64,000 nucleotides of DNA, from the NCBI GenBank assembly GCA_964016885.1, contig OZ024743.1, positions 258,912,001-258,976,000 on the forward strand. Direction: 5' to 3'. Origin of the DNA: Eledone cirrhosa. Its lineage: Eukaryota. Position 1 is the stretch's first letter. Each line of letters starts with the position of its first letter. Below are positions 1-8,417 of the stretch, piece by piece. Made by a program: the position numbers and the translations under genes. The notes below the pieces were generated by a model that worked only from the letters and a program-made list of their open reading frames with translations, was not told the origin of the DNA and did no database searches.

Positions 1-90
1 TACCAGCCATAACACTTTACAGAGTGTACTGGGTATATTTTATCATGGCACCAGCTGTAACACTATACAGAGTGTACTGGGTGCATTTTA
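1..90 (-). mobile_element. Fragment of SINE-like repeat (internal ~45-bp tandem unit)
   Basis: Two copies of aacact(t/a)tacagagtgtactgggt..atttt. This is the reverse complement of the aaaagcacccagyncacactgtaaagtg unit at 10815-10890 and 11995-12065. Confidence 0.5.
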
Positions 91-334
91 TCAGCATTTT
101 ATCAGAGGTTGTCATATGCTAGGCCAGACTGAAGAGTCTTCTCAGACTCAATATTCTCTCTGTTAGATTGACAAACACCATAGCTAACACGTTGACATAA
201 TTAATTGAAACAGAGTATTTCATCAGGAATACAATCATGAAAGGATTAATGCCAAACAATCCTAAACCACGTCTTGTTCTACAAAACCATTGTTTGTTTT
301 AAAGTGGTTATATTTATCTAAAATTCTTCCATCA

Positions 335-626
335 TAATTTTATATAAGAAACTTTTAAGTTTTGTTCCTAATACTAGCTTAATAATTGTTTCTACTATTG
401 TCACAAGGCCAGCAATTAACTAGTACATTACTGGTACTTTATTTTATCGACCCCGTAAGGATGAAAGGCAAAGTTAACCTTAATTTTATATAAGAAACTT
501 TTAAGTTTTGTTCCTAACACCAGCTTAATAATTGTTTCTACTTTAGGCATAAGGCCAGCAATTAACCAGTACATTACTGGTACTTTATTTTATCGACCCC
601 TTAAGGATGAAAGGCAAAGTTAACCT
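335..626. repeat. Local tandem duplication, ~146-bp unit including a SINE 3' part
   Basis: taattttatataagaaacttttaagttttgttcctaa...aaagttaacct occurs at 335-480 and again, with a few substitutions, from 481. Confidence 0.85.
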
Positions 627-706
627 CGGCGGGATTTGAACTCAGACCGAAAAGGGACGTAACTATGCTAGAAAACATGGCGTCCAATCCTCTACCGATA
701 CTGCCA
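527..706 (-). mobile_element. tRNA-derived SINE (family A)
   Basis: Reverse complement of the 1037-1228 element, with A-box (tggcagtatcgg) and B-box (gagttcaaatcc). Confidence 0.85.
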
Positions 707-794
707 TAATGAAACATATGTTTAGATGGAACAGTTTTGGAATTCTCATGATTGGAGAATATATTTATGAAGATTTAATATTTTGATATTTAAA

Positions 795-896
795 ATGTTT
801 TAAGTGTCATTTAATACCTGCTATATCATCATCATTTAACGTGATGATGATGATGATGATGATTATATAGCAGGTATTAAATGACACTTAAAACAT
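795..896. repeat. Perfect 32-bp inverted repeat enclosing (CAT)n/(GAT)n
   Basis: atgttttaagtgtcatttaatacctgctatat (795-826) and its exact reverse complement (865-896). Confidence 0.95.
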
Positions 897-1036
897 GCGG
901 AAATAATGTGTCAGTATTTGAATTATCTTTAGTCAAATAAATCAGTCACACACACATGTACACCAGATCTGAACACAGAGGAACCAAATTCTCATTGCCT
1001 CTGTCTCTCCCATTCTCTCCATCTCTCATTATTATG

Positions 1037-1228
1037 AGCGGTGGATTGGCAGTATAGGTAGAGAGTCGGACGCCATGCTTTCCAGCATAGTTACGTCCCT
1101 TTACGATCTGAGTTCAAATCCCGCCGAGGTTGACTTTGCCGTTCATCCTTACGGGGTCGATAAAATAAAGTACCAGTAATGCACTGGGTATTTGCTGGCC
1201 TTGTGCCTAAAGTAGAAACAATTATTAT
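1037..1228 (+). mobile_element. tRNA-derived SINE (family A), full-length
   Basis: Pol III A-box-like tggcagtatagg and B-box gagttcaaatcc. Central ttcatccttacggggtcgataaaataaagtacc resembles the Deu/Nin SINE domain (recalled, not searched). (ATT)n tail; attattatgag flanks both sides. About 8 copies in the window. Confidence 0.85.
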
Positions 1229-1236
1229 GAGAATAT

Positions 1237-1415
1237 GGCAGTGGATTGGCAGTATCGGTAGAGGGTCAGACGCCCTGCTTTGCAGCCCTTTACGGTCTAA
1301 GTTTAAATCCCGCCAAGGTTAACTCTGCCTTTCATCCTTACGGGGTCGATAAAATAAAGTACCAGTAATACACTGGCGTAATTGCTGGCCTTGTGCCAAA
1401 AGTAGAAACAATTAT
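1237..1415 (+). mobile_element. tRNA-derived SINE (family A)
   Basis: Tandem second copy homologous to 1037-1228. Confidence 0.85.
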
Positions 1416-1445
1416 GAGCAAATGAAGGCCTAGTGTCATTTAGAG

Positions 1446-1649
1446 CAGGCATGTCAAACTGAGGGTCTCCCGAGGGCCACATGGGTCACATATGTGTTGT
1501 CTGAGGGCCGCACACGACAACTAATTGCGCACATTACAACTAATTTTCTATTTTATTTTATATTACAAAGATAAAACATGCTCGCATTGTAAAAACCTTT
1601 GTGTGGGCCGCAGGTGTGTTTATAAAGGGCCACATGTTTGACATGCCTG
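1446..1649. mobile_element. Non-autonomous hAT (Charlie-like) MITE
   Basis: Perfect 14-bp TIRs caggcatgtcaaac (1446-1459) and gtttgacatgcctg (1636-1649). 8-bp TSD atttagag at 1438-1445 and 1650-1657. Subterminal gggcc(a/g)ca repeats. Confidence 0.92.
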
Positions 1650-2261
1650 ATTTAGAGTATAATTTTTGTTTTACAACTCCATTATGATGATCTTTTCTAC
1701 CAATTTCTGACCTATTTCAAGGCCATACTCATTCAAAACATCAAAAACAGTAGGAAAAACAAATTTCACATCCAAAGTGAAACTAGTATAATATTCTCCA
1801 TCAAAGTTAAACTGGTGTAGTCACATCCAAAGTGGAACTATAAGCTGACCATCATTTTATCATAGGTTTCTTTTGTCAGGTATTTCTCAGTTTGTATACG
1901 AGTATATATGGTAAAAAAGAATATATATTTATTTAGGATAAAAAATTACTAGATGACAATTGAAAATGGGGGATGAATTGAGGAAAGCTGCAATTGCAAG
2001 TGGGTGGTAGTGGTGGAATGTAAGAGGCACTGTTGTTATATCTTGCTATTTTATGATGATGTCTGGTTATGTAATTACAGTGGCTGGGATACACTGCAGC
2101 AGATAGTTCTTCTTTCTTTATTGATGTTTCTAGATGTTTCTTACAGAATAGACTTTACTAACAGTCAATTCATCACTGTTATTTTTTATTGGTAAATGTC
2201 ATAGCAAATGTTTTTGTTGTTGTTGTAAAATTGCTTTCATAACTTAAGAACTCACTGGTAA

Positions 2262-2330
2262 TATTGATAATAATAATAATAATGATAATAATAAAATAAT
2301 AATAGTAACAACAATATTAATAATAATAAA
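2262..2330. repeat. Imperfect (AAT)n microsatellite
   Basis: Direct reading. Confidence 0.85.
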
Positions 2331-3823
2331 AACCAGAAATAAGGTCAAGTATAATATATATAACTAATTCTTTTTCCATTTTTAATTTTTATTAATCTTG
2401 CTCTGTCACAAAAATAGAAAAGAAAACCTGTAATAATGTACTGTGTTAGTATTCCTTCCATGCCCATCTCTACTGTGTCTGTCTAGCAAAATAACTAATC
2501 AATATCTTTATTATTATTATTATTTTTTTTTTCACCTTTCAAACAAGTGATGATTATGAGAATAATATTTTGTCTGCCACCATTATGAGAATAATATTTT
2601 GTCTGCCACCATGTACAGACTCTGTCCCATTTCCAAATTAGCTTTGTTTTCTTTTTGTATCTCAACTCATATATACTTCATCATATACAGGATGTTGATG
2701 ATGCACCTTTTGTCTTCAGAAAACAAATCTTTTAAACTTTGTTCACATGTATTCAATGCTCATTCAGTTAATGTTTGAACATTTTATGTACACTAGTATA
2801 TAAAACACCCACTTCAGTGTGTGTGTGTGTATATATATATGATGTTGTTTGTTTGAAGCATTGTGTAAAGTGAGGTGTTTTGTATGAAAGCTATTGCAAT
2901 ATGAATTGGACGGTAAATGTTAAAAATATAACAATGTTGGGATGTTACCTTGAAGTTCGTTATATGTCCTTATATATTGGGATAAAATCCCTTCATCAAA
3001 AGATTAATAGAAGAAACTAGTTTGGTGCTGTATATTTTTTTCACTTGAAATTTAAAAGTGATGTTATTTTTTCTTTCAATGCAGAAGTAGTGAATGTGTA
3101 TAATTTTTGAAATGGAATGAGGTGTATTGTGTATGTCTGTGTTAGCTACTGGGTGTTCAGTTCTTGTCTATTGTTTGTCTGGGGTATCAGATACTTTTAT
3201 TCTGAGATTGCCAGTATTCCTATCCCTAGCTTTGATAGTGACTGCTATATCTTGTTTATATTTGACACGGATGTGCTGCCGATGTAAAATTCATTGCATT
3301 TGGCACATAGGATACGATATATCACATATGTCCGTAAGCACATGTCCATATTGCAGATGGGGCTGTTCACTAGTGTATATTAGTTATTGTCATCTTCAAG
3401 CCATTTTTTTTCAATGTTGGGATGGTTTGAATGAGGGATAGGATGCCTCCATCTTTGTATGTTGACATGGATGATGGGGGATGAAGGTGGGGGTTGCCTT
3501 TCCATACTGAAAGGAGTGGGACAACCGTGTGTGTGTGTGTGTGTGGGGGGGTCTTTATAGGAAGTAAGTAGAGGAGGACTAAGGTGAGGTGAGGGTGGCA
3601 TGTATGCAGGATGGGGATGGAGGGAGTGAGTGGGGATACTGAGGGAGCAAGGTGGTGGGAGAACATGTATATATGATGGGGATGGAGAAAGTGAATGAGG
3701 GAGGTCTAAGGTAGAATACTTGATGTTAATAATAGTTATAGGAAATATGTGTGTTTGTGTGTAAGTGATGTTAGTAATAATAGTTAAAAGAAATATATGT
3801 CTGTCTGTGTGTGTACGTAATGT

Positions 3824-4023
3824 TAATAATAATTGTTTCTACTTTTGGCACAAGGCCAGCAAATACCCAGTACATTACTGGTACTTTCTTTATTTTATCG
3901 ACCCTGTAAGGATGAAAGGCAAAGTTAACCTCGGCAAGATTTGAACTCAGATCATAAAGGGCCGTAACTCTTTGCTGTGCAAAGCATGGCATCCGACCCT
4001 CTACCGATACTGTCAATCTACTG
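3824..4023 (-). mobile_element. tRNA-derived SINE (family A)
   Basis: Reverse-complement homology to 1037-1228. Confidence 0.85.
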
Positions 4024-4111
4024 AATAATATTTATAAGAAATATGTGAGTGTGTGTAAGTGATGTTGATAATAGTTATAGGAAATATGTGTCTGTGTAGG
4101 TGATGTTAATA

Positions 4112-4324
4112 AGTTTCTACTTTAGGCACAAGGCCAGCAATTTGAAGGGGAGGAGGAAATCAATTAAATCGACACCAGTACATTACTGGTGCTTTATTTT
4201 ATCGACCCCGTAAGGATGAAAGGCATAGCTAACCTTTGTAGGTTTTGAACTCAGAACGCAAAGGGACATAACTCTATGTCACAAAGCATATTATTTAACG
4301 CTCTACCGACACTGCCAATCCACA
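4112..4324 (-). mobile_element. tRNA-derived SINE (family A, long variant)
   Basis: Homologous to family A, with an extra internal segment gaaggggaggaggaaatcaattaaatcgac. Confidence 0.85.
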
Positions 4325-4955
4325 GTAATAGGAAATACATATGACTTAGGATTGGCTGTGTCAGTGGTGGATTGTGATAGGAACTCTCACAATTTAATTT
4401 TCTATGAAGCAGTACTGACCAACAGTAGTTACTGTCGTCATCGTAATCATCATCACCATCAACACTACCACTACCACCATCATCGATTTGACAAGTCTCA
4501 CATCTGCCAGTTAGCATGATTCTTCAATATTTTGCACATACAGCAAGATAAAATCACTCAACTTTGTTGTTTTGTATGTCTTACAGTGCAGGCTGGGTTT
4601 CATTTTATCCTGCCACCAACACAAGAGTAGTTGTCTATGGCTGATTGACTGAAGAATCCTCTCCATAGTTTATCAATCCCTATTTCAAGTTACTGACCTT
4701 CCAAGTGTTATTTGTCATACAGTAACTCTATCAGTTCATATTTCAAGTTATTCACCTTCCACACATGTGATTTGTCATACAGCTTAATTTGCAGCTTACA
4801 GACTATAAAAACCATTAAAAAATATTTAATAATGATTTGTGCATGGAATTTGCCCTAGGATAGAGAATTCGTTGAGGTTAATGTAGTTATGTTCAGTTTG
4901 AAATGAGAAATTGGACTTAAATTGGGTAGTAAAGAGAAGACAGAGGGAAGAGCAT

Positions 4956-5100
4956 TTAACCTCTTCGTTACCATATTTCTAATGAAACACACTGCCTATC
5001 AATTTCATTTCAATTTTTAAAATAATCAAGAATTTGGAGGGATTTAGTAATATAACTAAGTGATTCATTATTATGTTAGAGAAGTGTCTTGAGTCATGAA
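4956..5100 (+). mobile_element. Fragment of putative piggyBac-like MITE (family P1)
   Basis: Starts ttaa-cctcttcgttaccatatttct, shared with 6427 and 6812. Internal ttagtaatataactaa is shared with ~7910. Confidence 0.5.
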
Positions 5101-5274
5101 TGTTAGATTGAATGTTTTGCTGATGTGGTTTCATGTAGTACAGGTGTTAAGATGCAATTTGAAGTTTTGTCTAATATTTCTAGCTGGCGAAGCTACTATG
5201 CACAAGCTCCTGTGTATTGTTAATTTATTTCTTGAATATTTTTCTTTTTTTTCTTTTTTTCTTTTTTATTTCAG

Positions 5275-5359
5275 AAAAGAAATTCTTGATCTTTCCCTTA
5301 TAGAGATGATTCATAAAAGACGGAAACATGACAAAGAATCTCGTTTAGCAACAGTGAAA
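5275..5359 (+). CDS. SDAD1: SDA1 homolog (60S ribosome biogenesis/export), third-last coding exon
   Basis: Long polypyrimidine tract and ttcAG acceptor (5273-74); GTAAGT donor at 5360. Encodes KEILDLSLIEMIHKRRKHDKESRLATVK, resembling the SDAD1 C-terminus (..LHKKPKSDKETRLAT..). Confidence 0.88.
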
Positions 5360-5737
5360 GTAAGTTGAATTCTACAACATTGAATTTTGAGCCATGTTTC
5401 AAAATGGTTGTTTAAAAAAAGAAAAGGAGATGATTGGACCAAGGAAACAATGTTTCTGTTGGTCTTTCCATTGCTGATGCTATCTTATGCTCACAACTCC
5501 TGGCAGAAGAGGCCAAGTTTGAGCTCAGAATGCACTGGGCTGAATCAGATACTGACTCATTAACAATTCCACCAATCCACTGCTTCTGGATTGGTACTTT
5601 TTTTATTGACTCCGAACAAACAAATTATTCAACACAAACAATTCAGCTTATTTGACCTTAATTTGTGTAATAAACTATTACTTAATCAGTTATAACCAAT
5701 TTTTATAGAAAAAGTTCTGTAATATTGTTATTTGTTA

Positions 5738-5840
5738 CCATGCATAGCCTAATAGTTAAGGTTTTGGACTTATATTCATAAGTTTGTGGGTTTGATTCTT
5801 AAACTGGGTGGCATGTTCTGTTCTTGAGCAAGACACTTCA
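5738..5840 (+). mobile_element. Degenerate tRNA-head/CORE-like SINE fragment (family B)
   Basis: tagcctaatagttaagg...ggtttgattc...gttcttgagcaagacactt. Confidence 0.5.
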
Positions 5841-5855
5841 TGATAGTGTTGGGGA

Positions 5856-6110
5856 CCCTATCACTAAAATACCCAAGAAACTTCCTATGAGATGCAACAT
5901 TGTAGGGAGCCAGCTAAACCTACTTAGAGGAGAAATGACAACACTAGAGCCCTTATCATTAAAACACCCAAGAAACTTATAAGATGCACTATTGTAGGAA
6001 GCCAGCTAAACCTACATATGTGTAAACTGAAACAACATGATAAGACTGGAGCTTCTATTATTAAAACATTCAAGAAACCTATTAGATGCAACATTGTAGA
6101 AGGCCAACTA
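5856..6110. repeat. Diverged tandem repeat, three units of ~95-105 bp
   Basis: taaaaca(c/t)ccaagaaac...agatgcaacattgtag...gcca(g/a)cta recurs at about 5865, 5960 and 6062. Confidence 0.7.
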
Positions 6111-6210
6111 GGTGTGAGATGACATTAAATATTCATTTTTTTTTTAATTGAAAGTTTACTAAAGAAAGAACATTTTACATTATGTCACTGCATCTTTCTT
6201 GTGTATTCAG

Positions 6211-6369
6211 GCTGGAAAGACAGAAAGAGAAGTCTTTGGTAAAGCTCGTCCAAAACGAAATCCCAATGCCAGTTCAACAAACAAGGAGAAGAAACGAAAC
6301 AAGAACTTCATGATGGTTAAACACAAACTTTTAGGCAAGAAAAACAAGCGTTCATTCCGTGAAAAACAG
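6211..6369 (+). CDS. SDAD1: SDA1 homolog, penultimate coding exon
   Basis: ttcAG acceptor at 6209-10, phase 0, GTAAAA donor at 6370. Encodes [53 protein letters not shown], containing the SDA1 motif STNKEKKxxKNFMM and KRSFREKQ. Confidence 0.93.
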
Positions 6370-6426
6370 GTAAAAATTTACTTTGTTTTGTTTCCTGATG
6401 ATGATGGTTGTGTGAGTTTTAATTAT

Positions 6427-6805
6427 TAACCCTTTCATTTGCCATATTTCTCATGAAAGACACAGTTGATTATTTTAAAATAATTTAAAACATAATTAGG
6501 AATTTGGAGTGATTGATTAGTATAACTAACTTACTCTTAACCCATAAACATTTAAAACGGCTGTATCTAGCCAGAATTCCCTCACCTCTTTCTGTTCCAA
6601 CTGGCTGTAGCTGGCCATTCATACTGATGTATTGTTCTCAAAATAGATAATATCAAAATATCATAGATTTGTTAAAGCCTTTACTGTGAAAATATAATAG
6701 TAAATATAGAGTAAGATAAATGTTAAAGGCTTAAGATGGTGTTTGGAACATAACTTAAAAGTTCTTACATAAAGTTATGACGGGAGATTTTAGATATATA
6801 TATAA
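6427..6805 (+). mobile_element. Putative piggyBac-like MITE (family P1), interrupted by a nested MITE
   Basis: Starts ttaa-ccctttc; homologous to 4956, 6812 and 7895 on both sides of the insertion. Confidence 0.55.
6541..6730. mobile_element. piggyBac-like MITE (family P2) with TTAA TSD
   Basis: TTAA at 6537-40 and 6731-34. Imperfect TIRs cccataaacattta / taaatgttaaaggc (11/14 match). Confidence 0.7.
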
Positions 6806-6811
6806 ACATTT

Positions 6812-6995
6812 TAACCCTTTCGTTATCATATTTGAAGAAATTTTGTAATATAACTAACTTTCATGTTATTAAGTTAGTGATAGGAACATAACTTAAGTTA
6901 GTGAAAGGAACATAACTTAACAAAAGTTCATAGATAAAATTATGATGGGAGACTTTAGATCTGGTTCAGATGGGGTGATATGAAAAGTGTAAAGG
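6812..6995 (+). mobile_element. Putative piggyBac-like MITE (family P1)
   Basis: ttaaccctttcgttatc start; degenerate inverted end gatatgaaaagtgtaaa. Confidence 0.5.
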
Positions 6996-7052
6996 AAGTT
7001 CTAAATTTATCTTAACTATAACTGATTCCAATTATAATCTGAATCATCAACT

Positions 7053-7260
7053 TTATTATCATTTCCATGCTGGCATGGGTTGGATGGGTTGTCACAGTCA
7101 AAGACTAAGTGAATCAAGAACCTCATCCTGTTCGTACATTCTATTTTTGGCTTGTTTTTTATGGTTAGTTGCGCTGACTAATGCCAGGCAAATTACAAAC
7201 ATGTACTGGGTACTATTTACCATGACACCAGTACTATCACTTTACTAAGAAGCACCAGCA
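7053..7260 (-). mobile_element. Degenerate RTE-tailed SINE-like repeat
   Basis: ttccatgctggcatgggttggatggg is the reverse complement of the RTE 3' motif ccgtctaacccatgctagcgtggaa. Confidence 0.6.
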
Positions 7261-7499
7261 TTAGAATGGTTGTTATATCGTGAACATGTACTGGGTGGGT
7301 GTTATGTCCTTAACAGGTCTAATGGGGACCTGTCAACCATACATAGGCTTAGTTTGGTTACTCCTATTTCATTGTGCACTGGGTGCATTTTGTTGTATGT
7401 GTATTATGAATTTGTGTGTGTGTGGTATACCTCCATTGGTTTGAATGATGAGAATTCCAGTTCTTTGATCAATGGAACAACCCACTCATGGAGTAATGT

Positions 7500-7733
7500 G
7501 CAAGCGGCTGAGCATTCTGAAGACACATGTAATTGTCAGGGAGATTCAGTATAACAAAGTGTGTGACACTGGCCCTTTGAATTATAGGCACAACTCAATT
7601 TTTCCAGATGGGTGGGCTGTAGCAACGGGAAATAAAGTGTTGCTCAAGGACACACTGCTCCACTAGGAATTGAACGCATGACCTTACAATCATGAGCTGA
7701 ATATCCTAACCACTAAGCCATGTGCTTTCACTG
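7500..7733 (-). mobile_element. tRNA-head/CORE-like SINE (family B-related)
   Basis: aataaagtgttgctcaaggacac...aattgaac...ctaaccactaagccatg. Confidence 0.55.
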
Positions 7734-8199
7734 CTCCAGAAACATGTTTTTGAAATAATATTTGAGCAATAGTATTGTGTTCATAGTCAAGGTGCATTAC
7801 TCTGCATGTCTTTACAGATGTCATTTCATGCTTGATGTCTGATCACTGACTACATATGATAAATAATACGTACATTGTTAATTGAGTGGCAGTCAATAAT
7901 GAAGAATTAGTAATATAACTAACTTTCTCATTATTAAGCTGGTGTTTGGGACATATCTTAACAAAGGTGTTTTACATAGATTTATAATGGATGGGTTTTT
8001 AGATAAATATAGATGCTTTAAAATAAACAGTTCTGTATCATAGAACGAGAGTTGGTTTCAGACGGGTTAGAATCAAAAGAGTTTCAAATCCAGCTTTTAC
8101 TCTAATATTGCAAATTTTCTCAGTGTGCACTAGTAAAGATACTATAAACATTTGAATTAACAAACCATTTTTAGGATATTTTCTGCTAAATCATTACAA

Positions 8200-8365
8200 T
8201 ATGTTAATGTGATACATGTTGTCAAATGTTACATGCTGGTACATGTTATACGTCACCATATGTTATATGCTACTGTTGTAGTATCCATCTTATTCTATGT
8301 TATATGTTACTGCTACAGGCTGTTATGTGATACATGTTACTGTGTGTTACATGCTGTTATGTGAT
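8200..8365. repeat. Minisatellite, ~30-33-bp unit (left part)
   Basis: Unit approximately gtgatacatgttactgtgtgttacaggctgttat; continues after the RTE at 11059. Confidence 0.75.
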
Positions 8366-8417
8366 TACATAGCTTAGTTGTCAGTGTTACATGCTGTTAT
8401 GTGATTACATAGCTTAG

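Noticed and set aside
1037-1125. tRNA gene
   Set aside because: A and B boxes are present but no cloverleaf is evident; it is a multi-copy SINE head.
2554-2610. ~28-bp direct tandem duplication
   Set aside because: Real but an ordinary slippage duplication with no further structure.
3470-3712. G-rich purine tract as functional G-quadruplex
   Set aside because: G-runs are irregular with long loops; it looks like low-complexity intronic sequence.
1-5274. Further upstream SDAD1 exons, and short ORFs at 2004, 3127, 3370 and 4251
   Set aside because: No recognisable SDA1 peptide with splice signals; the ORFs are low-complexity or SINE-derived.
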